Shown here: positions 19,223 to 30,504 of the stretch, piece after piece
Layout of the letters: each line of letters opens with the position of its first letter
Numbering within the stretch: the stretch's first letter is position 1
Origin: an uncultured Planctomycetota bacterium
Lineage (GTDB): Bacteria > Planctomycetota > Planctomycetia > Gemmatales > Gemmataceae
DNA length: 64,000 nucleotides
Assembly (NCBI GenBank): GCA_963849325.1
Contig: CAWKHF010000009.1
Coordinates: 1-64,000 of the forward strand
Direction: 5' to 3'
Notes under the pieces: generated by a model
What the model was told of the DNA's origin: nothing
Databases searched by the model: none
What the model saw: the letters and a program-made list of their open reading frames with translations, nothing else
Translations under genes and position numbers: made by a program

Positions 19223-19714
19223 ATGGGTATGCTCGGCAATGCTTTCGAGGCTTTCCTCAACGCCACGGCGTCCGCCGTGGCCAAGAGCCTGCTCCCGCAG
19301 GTCCAGGCGTCGGGGCACATCCAGCGCCTCTGCCAGGAACTCGGCTGGTCGATTGACGAACGCAACGGCGAGGGCGTCGTCCTGTACTTCAACGATCCCG
19401 CCATCGGCGTCCGCAAGGTGCTGGTGACGGAAGGCGCCAAGGTCATGCTGATCTCGACGTTCAGCGGGGCCGTGGTTCCCGCCGCGCGTCTGCCCGTCGA
19501 GATCATGGGCTATCTGCTCACGCGGAACACGCAGCTGGCAGCCGGCGCGTGGCAGGCGTCCGTCATGGATAACGGCGGGAACGTGAAGTTCGCGCTGGCC
19601 TACTGTGCCCTCATCGCGGGCTTGGACGCTGCGGCTTTCAAGATCATCTGCGAGGCGATGGTTAAAGAGGCACACGAGTTCGATGTCAAGATGAAGGCCG
19701 CCGGCCTTCTGTGA
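19223..19714 (+). CDS. YbjN/T3SS-chaperone-fold-like protein
   Basis: YLLTRN..GAWQ..EAHEFD pattern; RBS AGGAGG. Confidence 0.55.
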   Translation: MGMLGNAFEAFLNATASAVAKSLLPQVQASGHIQRLCQELGWSIDERNGEGVVLYFNDPAIGVRKVLVTEGAKVMLISTFSGAVVPAARLPVEIMGYLLTRNTQLAAGAWQASVMDNGGNVKFALAYCALIAGLDAAAFKIICEAMVKEAHEFDVKMKAAGLL

Positions 19715-19779
19715 CGCTACCGGGATCGCCCATTTTTCAGGAAACGAGAAGGTCAAGGCATCGAGAGTAGAGGTGGAGC

Positions 19780-20049
19780 ATGACCGTTGAGGAGAGGCTG
19801 GAAAAAATCGAGGCCATGCTCGCGGTGCTGGTCGAACGACAAACGATCCGCGAGTGGTACACCACCGAGCAGGTCGCTCAAATCGTCGGCAAGGCCGAGT
19901 TTACCGTCCGGGAGTGGTGCCGGCACGGCCGGTTGAAGGCCGAGAAGCGCATGTCGGGCCGTGGCGCCCACCCGGCCTGGGTCATCAGTCACGCCGAGCT
20001 ACTGCGGTATCAAAGAGAAGGACTGCTTCCCATCCAGGGTCCGGCCTGA
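19780..20049 (+). CDS. HTH excisionase-like protein
   Basis: WYTTEQVAQIVGKAEFTVREWCRHGRLKA. Confidence 0.85.
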   Translation: MTVEERLEKIEAMLAVLVERQTIREWYTTEQVAQIVGKAEFTVREWCRHGRLKAEKRMSGRGAHPAWVISHAELLRYQREGLLPIQGPA

Positions 20050-20089
20050 TCCGCCTGCCGCCCGAGTCGGAACATCTCTCCAGCGACAG

Positions 20090-20791
20090 TTACGTCCGCA
20101 CTTCGTGAACCGCCCAGGGCAGATTGGCCGTGAAGCCAAGGCCGGCCGCCGTGAAGGCGGCAGCCAACGCTGGATGTAATCCGCCGGCCGGCCCCCCGTA
20201 ATCGTCCAGGTTTGAAGTACAGAATACACACTTCTTCGTGAAGCCGAGTGCCCGCACCTGCCGGGTCAGTTCCAGGCATTCCTCCACGATCACGCAGTCC
20301 TTCACTTCGCCGCCCTGTTTGGAAGGCGGAATCTTGGCGACCACCCTCCCGACCCCCCTGGACGTGCATCCAGGGTCCGAGTCCAGGATCAGGGCGTTGT
20401 CGAGGAGTTGTTTCGATAGGTCGTAGAGCCGGTCGGCCAGGCCAGCGCCGGCGTAAGCAGACCGTCCGAATCCCAGCGAAATCCCGAGAACATGGCACGC
20501 ATCATGGAAGTGCCTCGCCTGGTCCTCGATCTTCGCCAGGTGCCTCCGCACCTCATCGCGGACGTTCGGGGCGTTCGCATTCCATTCGCCCGGAATCAGG
20601 GAGGGGAGGACCAGTCGGCACTGAGGTGGGGAGGGCGTGACCATGCCCAGCAGTTCCGACGCCCGCTGCACGCAGCCACCCAGGCAGCGGTACGTCGCGC
20701 GGATGATGTCGAGCAAGATACATGTGTCGGGGAATAGGGCCGGGCAGCCCTCGGCGTGAAGCTGGGCGGCCACGGCGGTGATGCTGGGCAT
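20090..20791 (-). CDS. PIN-domain protein
   Basis: LFPDTCILLD, EW, KDCVIVE, FCTSNLDDY. Confidence 0.8.
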   Translation of the reverse strand: MPSITAVAAQLHAEGCPALFPDTCILLDIIRATYRCLGGCVQRASELLGMVTPSPPQCRLVLPSLIPGEWNANAPNVRDEVRRHLAKIEDQARHFHDACHVLGISLGFGRSAYAGAGLADRLYDLSKQLLDNALILDSDPGCTSRGVGRVVAKIPPSKQGGEVKDCVIVEECLELTRQVRALGFTKKCVFCTSNLDDYGGPAGGLHPALAAAFTAAGLGFTANLPWAVHEVRT

Positions 20792-20795
20792 GGCG

Positions 20796-21458
20796 TCAGG
20801 CGCTCCGGCGGCGGCCTTCGGAGAAGGCCAAGACTTCTCTGCCGAACTCGTATTCGAGCGCCAGGCGCTGCGCCACCTCGGGCGGCCAGTTCTCCACCTC
20901 GATCAGCCAGCGGCGCAAGGTGTGGGCGTCAAGCCGGCTACCATCGCGGTGGACCGCCACGATGAAGTCCATCCAGTGGTCCTGGTCGCAGGGGTGGGAC
21001 GAACCCGTACTCCGGTGCGCCGCCGCTGAGAACTCCCGCAACTTCTGGGCTGCGGTCGGCGAGAGCCAGCTGCTTAGGTCGGCCTGAGTGTCGGTCAACT
21101 CGACTTGGATGCCGGTGTGGTCGGCTGTGGGCCGCACGAAGCGGTCGCAGAACTCGGTCAGAATCTCGTTGTACTCATCGTGCGAAAGTTCACGCCGGTC
21201 GCGGGGGACGACGTTCGGGACGTAGAAGAGGCCGGGTTCCTTCTGGGTGACGAAGACGACCGCAGCCGGGCGGTGTTCCCGCCACTCGCAGGCGAAGCAG
21301 TACGTCGGCTCCCCTCGCAGGGCCATTGCCCGCAGGTTCCCCTCGGCCTCCGCATCGCGCGACCAGCCGTCCGCGAGATGGCGCTCGACTTCCGCCATCG
21401 TCGCAAGGAGCCGCTCCGGGTCGCCCCGGAGGAACAGATCCCGAAACACCTTCATCAT
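20796..21458 (-). CDS. hypothetical protein co-transcribed with the PIN gene
   Basis: RBS GGAGG; 4-bp gap to PIN; YVPNVVP and STGSSHPCD segments. Confidence 0.75.
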   Translation of the reverse strand: MMKVFRDLFLRGDPERLLATMAEVERHLADGWSRDAEAEGNLRAMALRGEPTYCFACEWREHRPAAVVFVTQKEPGLFYVPNVVPRDRRELSHDEYNEILTEFCDRFVRPTADHTGIQVELTDTQADLSSWLSPTAAQKLREFSAAAHRSTGSSHPCDQDHWMDFIVAVHRDGSRLDAHTLRRWLIEVENWPPEVAQRLALEYEFGREVLAFSEGRRRSA

Positions 21459-21541
21459 CCACCTCCGCGATCCAAGACCCAGCGTCATCCGGCGGCCCTG
21501 CACTCTATCTGACCTATTCTACCGCTCCCGCGTTCCCCTTC

Positions 21542-22843
21542 CTAGCCAAACACGCCCAGCACCGCCTGCTGTTTCACATCCGGGAACAGGTGCCGATAGC
21601 GCCTCCGCTGCTCCTCGGTTGAGTGCCCAACCATGTCGTCGATGATCCGCTGATCGACGCCACGGCTCGCCAACGCCGAGATGAAGCTGTGCCGGAGGAC
21701 GTGCCAACCTTTCAGCACTCCCCATTTCGAGACGCGCAAGCCCCTCTGGAAGTAATTGTGAGCCTCACGAGGCGTGATTTGCGTCCCGTCCATCTTGCAG
21801 AACAGCGTCTTGCCCTTTCCCCGCTCCTGCATCCAGCTGGCAAGCACGTCCGTTAGGAACGGCGTGAGCGGCACGCGCCGCGTGGTCAGCCTCCTCTTGT
21901 CGCGCTTCTTCTCCCGAATAGTCACCACCCCGTTCGCCAGGTCCACGTCGGACGGTAGCGCCCGAACGACCTCGGAGCGGCGGGCGCCGGTGTAGGCCGC
22001 GAAGCAGAACATCGGATACACCCAAGGACTGACCGGCCGCCCCTTGACCCATTCCAGCATACCGGCGATCTCGTCCGGCCGAAGGTAGACACAATCCCAA
22101 ATCTTCTCCGGATCGTCTCCGGCAGCGATGCGGCGCTCGGCCTCCTCCCACGTCATGAACGGCAAGCCTTCTTCGATCTTCGCGTAATCAAGGCCGGTGC
22201 CCGGAAACTCCTCACGCAGACCCAGATGCCGTCTCGCCCAATTCCACGCGGTACGCAGGCTGATGATCTCCTTCTTGATCGTGGCTGCGGATGGGTGGCG
22301 CAGCGGCTTATCCGGGGCTTCAGGCGGCTGGGGCGTCTTCCGCTTGTATTTCCGTTTCGGGGGATGATCTGCCAGCTTCGCGCGGCGTTTCTTCCGGTAG
22401 ATGTTGGGATCGATCCATTCCTCTGATCGCTTGTCCACATAGCCCTGAAGGTCGGCGCGGGTCAGTGGAGTGATGAGTCGTTTCTGGCCGAGGATTCGGG
22501 TAAGATGGTCGAAGTGCAGGCGGATGCCGTCGAGAGTCGTTTGCTCTAGCTTTTTCTCCTGCGAACGAAAGTAGACCTCTCGCAGGTCGGCGAGGGTCCA
22601 TTCCTTCTGTTGCGGAGGCGGCTGGTCGGGTGGCTTGCCGTCGTGCTGTACGAAGGTGACGAGGTCGCAGCCGGGGGGTAGGTTGACAAGGTTCTGCTTG
22701 AGCCGCATGAGCCAGTAGTCCACCTTGGCGGAAACCGCCCTGGCCTCGTGTTCTTCGACCTCGCCGAGCCAGAAGGTGTGCTGTTCTTTTTTGTACCGGA
22801 AGAGGACTCGCCAGCTGCCGTTCCTGCATTGGAGCCAAGCCAT
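21542..22843 (-). CDS. tyrosine integrase A (island A)
   Basis: Starts MAWLQCRNG; YTGARRSE, HVLRHSF, VGHS..Y catalytic residues. Confidence 0.9.
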   Translation of the reverse strand: MAWLQCRNGSWRVLFRYKKEQHTFWLGEVEEHEARAVSAKVDYWLMRLKQNLVNLPPGCDLVTFVQHDGKPPDQPPPQQKEWTLADLREVYFRSQEKKLEQTTLDGIRLHFDHLTRILGQKRLITPLTRADLQGYVDKRSEEWIDPNIYRKKRRAKLADHPPKRKYKRKTPQPPEAPDKPLRHPSAATIKKEIISLRTAWNWARRHLGLREEFPGTGLDYAKIEEGLPFMTWEEAERRIAAGDDPEKIWDCVYLRPDEIAGMLEWVKGRPVSPWVYPMFCFAAYTGARRSEVVRALPSDVDLANGVVTIREKKRDKRRLTTRRVPLTPFLTDVLASWMQERGKGKTLFCKMDGTQITPREAHNYFQRGLRVSKWGVLKGWHVLRHSFISALASRGVDQRIIDDMVGHSTEEQRRRYRHLFPDVKQQAVLGVFG

Positions 22844-22855
22844 GCTGCACCGGGG

Positions 22856-22877
22856 TTTGGTAGCAATTTGGTAGCAA
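22856..22877. repeat. tandem 11-mer TTTGGTAGCAA x2, putative integrase arm site
   Basis: Exact tandem repeat between the int start and the att core. Confidence 0.55.
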
Positions 22878-23002
22878 CATTGGTCAACGTGACCGCAATA
22901 TCGCTCCAGTGCATTATACGCACGAAACGGCGCAAACCAATGGAAAATAGGTAATTGCAGCGTGAAACCGACGCGGACGCAATGTGGCCGAAAGTGCTTG
23001 TC

Positions 23003-24660
<1,658 letters not shown>

Positions 24661-24664
<4 letters not shown>

Positions 24665-24865
24665 GAGAGTGCCCTCCTTTCGCGGGTCGGCTTGCCGTTC
24701 TTACCCTCGGCAAAGTGCTCTCGAAACTCATCCAGGCCCCAGCGATCGCACCGTCCGATGCGGATTGGCCTGGGTAGCTTGCCAGCTGCTTTCAACCGGA
24801 ACAAATGACGTTCGGAGACGCCGAAGACCTCGGCGAGCCTCCTTGAGACTGAGGAATTGCTGCAT
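24661..24865 (-). CDS. AlpA/excisionase HTH (1-bp frameshift near start)
   Basis: MQQFLSLKE / LAEVFGVSERHLFRLKAAGKLPRPIRIGRCDRW; overlaps int start. Confidence 0.8.
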
Positions 24866-25123
24866 GTTTTCACCCGGATAATAGCCTGTTGAGTCTCATC
24901 ACAAGGAAGTGGGACGAACTCGCGTTCCAAACCTTGCTAGCGTCGCGTGCCGGATCCATAACTTGTTCCCTGTCAAGGACATAGTCTGCTACACCGGCCG
25001 CACACATCGTCGATCCGTCTGCAGGTATATCAGGTTCCGACCCGGATGTTCTCTTGAAACGGCGTCATCAGTCATAAGATGTTATTTGGACGAATTTTGT
25101 GCCTTGAATCGTGAGCAATTGAA

Positions 25124-25921
25124 GTGAGACGCCGCAAGAAAAGCCTGAAGATTGACGAGCGGACTGCGTTCGCCTATGTCCGCTGCGGCCTTCCGCCGGA
25201 GTGGGAGGACTTCTACCTCTCGCTGGACCTGGTCTATCCGTCGCGGTCCACGAAAAACCGATGGTTCCAGGAGCAGTGGAACTGCATCCGGCGGTTTGCG
25301 AGGAGGGAAAGTCTCAAGGTGCCGAGACGGTTCTTTGAGCCGGAAGGCAGACCGACGAAACTCAACGACCCATTACCGCTTCCGCGGCGGACCAGGTTGG
25401 CCGCCCTTTATTTGGCGGTCAAGCGGCTTGGAGTCCGAACGGTCCTGGTCGATCACCGCCGACGCCTGGATGATAACGAGTTCATACAGAGCCTGCTCGT
25501 CGATGCATTTCGGGAGATCGGCGTCCGGATTTTGGAGGCCAGCACCGGCCTCGACCTCTCCAAGGTGCTGCAATTAGAAGATGTGGCTGCTGTACGCGGA
25601 TCGGCCCAGTTAAAGGTCGCCCGGCGGCTTGTGGGACTATGGAAGGGATTAGCCACCCGCCTACATCTACAGTCCCGGACCGGACGCATGCCGTTTGGAT
25701 CACGCGAGGACGAGTCTACGTCCTTGGCTCGCATCTGCGAACTCTACCGGGTGCTGCCGAAAGACAGGTGGCGAAGGAGGGGGAGCGTTGTCTTGAAGCG
25801 GCGGTCATTTCGTGAGATCGCCGATCACTTGAATGCCGAAGGCGTGCGGAGCCGTACCGGCCGGCCTTGGACAGCAAGGACCGTTCAGGGAATCTTGCAT
25901 CGTCTTGGCCTCGACTGTTGA
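25124..25921 (+). CDS. serine recombinase-like protein (resolvase plus recombinase DNA-binding domain)
   Basis: AFAYVR, GRMPFG, SFREIADHLNAEGVRSRTGRPWTARTVQGIL. Confidence 0.75.
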   Translation: MRRRKKSLKIDERTAFAYVRCGLPPEWEDFYLSLDLVYPSRSTKNRWFQEQWNCIRRFARRESLKVPRRFFEPEGRPTKLNDPLPLPRRTRLAALYLAVKRLGVRTVLVDHRRRLDDNEFIQSLLVDAFREIGVRILEASTGLDLSKVLQLEDVAAVRGSAQLKVARRLVGLWKGLATRLHLQSRTGRMPFGSREDESTSLARICELYRVLPKDRWRRRGSVVLKRRSFREIADHLNAEGVRSRTGRPWTARTVQGILHRLGLDC

Positions 25922-26016
25922 TCAGGATCCCGGTTCACCTGCGGTCCAGCCGGAGATGAAGGACTTTATAGTACGGCTCTTCTGGGGCCTCCTTGCTCAC
26001 GGACGCAGTTCCACCA

Positions 26017-26685
26017 TCAACTCGCCCACTGCTTCAGCCGGGCGTGTCGGATGCGATGGGAGCGGGCCGATTCATTGTGCCCGATGATAACACCCTTCCG
26101 ACCCAGGTAGCTGGGGTTCAGGATCACCCTGCCATCCTCAAGCATGGTCATGGCCCGTCGCTCGTCGTCAGTCCAGCTGCTCACCCAGGCGACTGGCATC
26201 GAGGAACCGTCCACTTGCCGGGCACTGAATTCGACGGCACCGACCATCCCGGTGTGACCGTTGTTGCCCGTCTTGAAGCCGCTGACGAAGGCTTCGACCT
26301 CAATGCCGGCCTTCTTCTTGATCCAGTGCTTCACCCTACGGCCCGCTTGGTAAGGTTGGTCCACTCGCTTCCAGACGGAACCCTCGCCGCCAGCTTGGAT
26401 AATGCTACGGTGAACGGCGGCCTTGGTGACCACGAAGCTTTGCACGATTTCCAGATGCGAATTGTCCGCTGCCTGTAGTGTCCGGGCCAGGAAGTCCATC
26501 CGGTCCTGCAGCGGCAATGATTTCACGTCCTTCCCTTGGGTCTGAAGGATGTCGAAGACGTGGAACCGGAGTTGGGCTCCGTGTCGCTCCTGGATACGCC
26601 GAGCGTTCTCTGGAGTGGTGGACAGAACGGCGACTGCCGCTTGCAGGGGAGTCGCCGTGGTCGTGTTGCCGGTGTCGATGGCAGC
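26017..26685 (-). pseudogene. ATP-dependent DNA ligase-like protein, 5' part lost at the IS3 insertion
   Basis: FHVFDIL, GGEGSVWK..YQAGRRVKHWIKKK. Confidence 0.8.
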
Positions 26686-27950
26686 TGGACTGCTCCCCAA
26701 AAAGTGGTCCAGGTGCTATGAGAGTCTCTGAGGCTCTTCGCGGGCAGGAGACGAACCATGAAACGACACACGGCCGAAGAGATCATCCCCAAGCTGCGAC
26801 AAGCCGAGGCCGACCTCGCCCAAGGCTTGACCCTCGCCCAGGTCTGCCAACGCCTGGCCATTAGCGAGCAGACCCTGCATCGCTGGCGCAACCAGTACGG
26901 CGGACTCAAGCAAGACGAGGCCAAACGCCTCAAGGAACTGGAAGCCGAGAACGCACGCCTCAAGCGTCTGGTCGCGGAACTGGCCCTGGACAAGCAGATG
27001 CTCCAGGAGGTCGCCCAAAAAAAGTGCTGAGCGCCGACCAGCGTCGTCAGGTCGTGCGTCAACTCCAAGAGACCTTCGGCGTGTCGCAACGTCGCGCCTG
27101 CCGTGTGCTGAGGCAACCACGCTCCACGCAGCGGCAGACGCCCCAAACCTCCGAGGAGGAGGGACGATTGGTGCAGCGGATGTTGGCGATGGTGCGGCAG
27201 CATCCGCGTTGGGGCTACCGCCGCATCACGGTGTTGCTGCGGCGGGAAGGCTGGCGTGTCAACCGCAAGCGGGTGTACCGACTGTGGCGGCAGCAAGGGC
27301 TGAAAGTACCCCGAAAGCAGCGAAAAAAACGGCGGCTGGGTCACAGCGGCAACAGTTGCGTGCGGCGGCCGGCAGAGCACAAGGACCACGTGTGGACGTG
27401 GGATTTCTTGCACGATCGGACGAGCGATGGCCGGCCTTTGAAATGGTTCACGCTGATCGACGAGTACAGCCGCGAGTGCTTGGCGTTGGAGGTGGATCGG
27501 GGCATGACGGCCCAGGCGGTGAAGACGGTGCTGGCGAGCGTGGTGCAGCAGCGTGGCGTACCGATGCACGTCCGCAGCGACAACGGCTCGGAGTTTATCG
27601 CCGCCGCCATCCGGACGTGGATGACGGCTGCGGGGTTGGAGACGTTGTACATTGCTCCGGGCGCACCGTGGGAAAATGGCTACGCCGAGTCGTTCAACAG
27701 CAAGGTGCGGGACGAGCTGTTGAACACGGAGGAGTTTGGCAGCGTGGCAGAAGCGAAGGTGCTAGCCAAGGAGTGGCGTCAGGAATACAACCATGTCCGT
27801 CCTCACAGTTCGTTGGGGTATCGGACGCCAGCGGAGTTCGGGGAGATGTGTCCTCGTCCCGACTCCGCTGCGCTACGCCGGGACGAGGACACATCTGTAA
27901 CGGTTGATCCGACTCTCACAGCGCCTGGTACATAAAATGGGGGCAAGCCA
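26686..27950 (+). mobile_element. IS3-family insertion sequence (1265 bp)
   Basis: TG..CA ends, imperfect IRs TGGACTGCTCCCC / TGGCTTGCCCCC; no target duplication visible. Confidence 0.92.
26758..27935 (+). CDS. IS3 transposase OrfAB (orfA 26758..27030, orfB to 27935; programmed -1 frameshift)
   Basis: HTH orfA; A7G slippery site at ~27016; WGYRRI, WTWDF, RSDNGSEF, PWENGYAESFN. Confidence 0.93.
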
Positions 27951-28250
27951 CCTCCCCCCCGTGTGAGGGGAGTGTGAATGGGCTTCCAACCTTCATGCTA
28001 CCGCACCGGAGGCCCTTCTGGTTGACCGCGACCGGGCTCCAGGAGACCGATATAAAGGATTAGTGGAGAAAAAAGATCGTTGCAAAAGTCAAGCTAAGCA
28101 CTGACGAATCAGTCCTTCTGGCAGAGGATCTTTGTTTACCTCTGCTCCGCGCCCGAGGAATTACGCCGTCCCCAGAGGTCGCTTATCGGCCAGCGAACCA
28201 CGAAAGAGGCGACTTGTGTAATGTAAGTGCAGAAATAACTTCGCTTGCGC

Positions 28251-29758
28251 GAATGGCGTTCGGTTAAGCCGCATCTTCTTGTGGTGGTGAGGTTTGGTGT
28301 AACAGTTTATGGCGCAGCACGGAGCGTGGCTTATTCATCAGATCGTATGGCTTGGGTCGCCGCTTCTTCACACGCGGCTCCACCCGACCGGGCCGACGCG
28401 GGTTTACCCGCAACGGCGGCAATTCTTCCCCACACCGCGCCTCGCGCAGCCAACGCCACGCATCCGCGAAACTAATGCGCTCCGGTTCCACGTCTTGCTG
28501 CCGTGCCGCCTCCACCATCACCCGCCGCACCAGATTATACACCAACACGAAGACCAACAACTCCTTCCACACGCCACGCCACGTCTCACAACGTAGCACA
28601 TCCATACCGAGGGTTTGCTTGAGGTGACGCAGGTTTACTTCCACGCTCCAACGCTTCTCGTACAGCCGAGCCAACACCTCCGGCGGATAACGCCGCCGAT
28701 CCAACAGGGTGGTCACCAGCGTCAACTCCCGGACGCGGCAACCCGGCGTCCGGATCGGCACACGCAACTCACGGACCACCAGCGACGACGGCAAGGACTC
28801 ATACTCCTGGCTGTCCATCCAGGCCGGACACTCGGCCGGCTTGAAGTACTCGACGAGTTGATCGTCGCGGCCCAGCCGTCGCAGCCAGCGCGACCGGGGC
28901 AAGCCCGCTTCTGCCTTACGGGGCTGGCGGTTGGGCGCTACGTGCGTCCGTCGCGGCTTGAAGGAGATGATAAGACGCTGAGGGGCACGAAAGAGGCTGA
29001 AAACGCCTCGTTTCTGCCGCATCGCCAGATGAGCGTAGGAACAGAAAGCGCGATCACCGGCCACTACGTCGCCGGCCCGCAGTCCGCGATGGGTCCAGGT
29101 CAGGTCGGCCAGGTCGTGTGTGCGTAAGGGGGCCGGCATGGCATTCATCAGATAGCCGGTATAGGCGTGGAACTGCACCAGCAGATGGGCCGTCGGGAAG
29201 CCGCAGCCTGGGGCCTGCTGGCCGCTCTGACCGAAGGCGGCACGCAAGTCGGGCGTGTCCGGCATGGAGAAACTCGAACCATCCAGGAAGAAGACGCGGT
29301 GGCCATGCCAGAGGGCGCGCGGGTCGTTGTCGGCGTAGCGACCGCAGCGGTCGAGGACGGCGTCGCTCCATCGTTGGAAGAAGGGTACGGGAAGGCGTTG
29401 ACGCGCCGCACAGTAGGACGAGTCGGCGAAGGGCAGTTTGGCAAGTCGCCGGAGTTCGGGAACAGGGGTATTGCCCTCCAGAACCTGTCGGACGAACAGG
29501 TGGGTAGTGACGACCGGCGTTAGCAGGCGGTTGCGTCCGCGGAGTTGCAGTTGCCGGCAAAGGGAGTGGATGAGGGGTGGGTCCACGAATCGAGCGGTAT
29601 CGCCCTTGATGCGTTGGAGCGCTTGCGAGATATTGGACATGGTGGCCTCCTGAAATGATGTTGGCCGAACAACTCCATCATGGCAGGAGGCCGCCAACCT
29701 TCCAAGATCGACCGAACGTCAATGCCCAAAAGAAGCTACGCTTAACCGAACGCCATTC
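28251..29758 (-). mobile_element. IS4-family insertion sequence
   Basis: Perfect 19-bp terminal IR GAATGGCGTTCGGTTAAGC; flanks do not match (no TSD). Confidence 0.92.
28264..29640 (-). CDS. IS4-family DDE transposase
   Basis: LDGSSF, GDRAF, YEKRWSVEVNLRHLK; RBS AGGAGG. Confidence 0.92.
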   Translation of the reverse strand: MSNISQALQRIKGDTARFVDPPLIHSLCRQLQLRGRNRLLTPVVTTHLFVRQVLEGNTPVPELRRLAKLPFADSSYCAARQRLPVPFFQRWSDAVLDRCGRYADNDPRALWHGHRVFFLDGSSFSMPDTPDLRAAFGQSGQQAPGCGFPTAHLLVQFHAYTGYLMNAMPAPLRTHDLADLTWTHRGLRAGDVVAGDRAFCSYAHLAMRQKRGVFSLFRAPQRLIISFKPRRTHVAPNRQPRKAEAGLPRSRWLRRLGRDDQLVEYFKPAECPAWMDSQEYESLPSSLVVRELRVPIRTPGCRVRELTLVTTLLDRRRYPPEVLARLYEKRWSVEVNLRHLKQTLGMDVLRCETWRGVWKELLVFVLVYNLVRRVMVEAARQQDVEPERISFADAWRWLREARCGEELPPLRVNPRRPGRVEPRVKKRRPKPYDLMNKPRSVLRHKLLHQTSPPQEDAA

Positions 29759-30459
29759 GGCTGAGGGCTTCCTTCTTGTGGGCTTCGGGAAAATCGGCCG
29801 GCAACCGCTTGGCATTGAGTGGTTCCGGCTTGGCGCCGTGGCTCTTGATGGTGAAGTGGAATCGGCCGTTTCCGCCGTTCGCGGCGGGATCGTAGCTCAT
29901 CGTCCACGAGTAGCGGGTGCCGTCCAACCTGAGCGGTGTGGGGCGGAACTTGCCGGGGATGAACGGGGTAATGAACGTGCCGCAACTCCGGTTGCCCTCG
30001 CTGATCATGCGCACCGCCAGTCGGGCCCCGGTGGGTTCGCCATCGAAGTCCATTCCCAGCGAACCCCTCGGCCGACCTCCACCCCGGGGCTGGCTGGCAT
30101 TGAACCAGCCGAAGAAGACGCCACTGCTGCCCGCAGCCGCCTTGAGAGCGAATGTACCGGAAGCGCGAAGTTTGTCGTTCAGCGTCTTCGACGGGATCTT
30201 GGCGGCGTAGTAGGTCGGCGTCATGCAGCGGACGACTTTGCCGCCCAACTCCCCCTTCTTCGTGCTGGCGAAATGGGTTTCGCTGTAACCGAAGTCCTGA
30301 GTGATGCTCGGCAAGATCTTGGGCAGAAGCCGATTGTTGTGCCCCTCCCAACCTGGATCCTTGTCGAAGGATTCGACCTTGATAGATTGCTTCGGTTGAT
30401 CCCGGCGCTGCCAATCCCAACGACAAGGGCAAGCCCGCCAAGCAGCATCCAGCTCATTC
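29759..30459 (-). pseudogene. secreted hypothetical protein truncated at its 3' end by IS4 (frameshifted)
   Basis: Signal-like N-terminus in ORF 30221..30544; ORF 29742..30314 ends inside the IS IR. Confidence 0.55.
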
Positions 30460-30504
30460 GTGTACGAATCATCGGCAATACCCCTGTTCGCCCGATTGAT
30501 CCCT

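Noticed and set aside
27951-28250. Possible IS end or ncRNA between the two ISs
   Set aside because: No terminal repeat partner, ORF or recognizable structure that I can support
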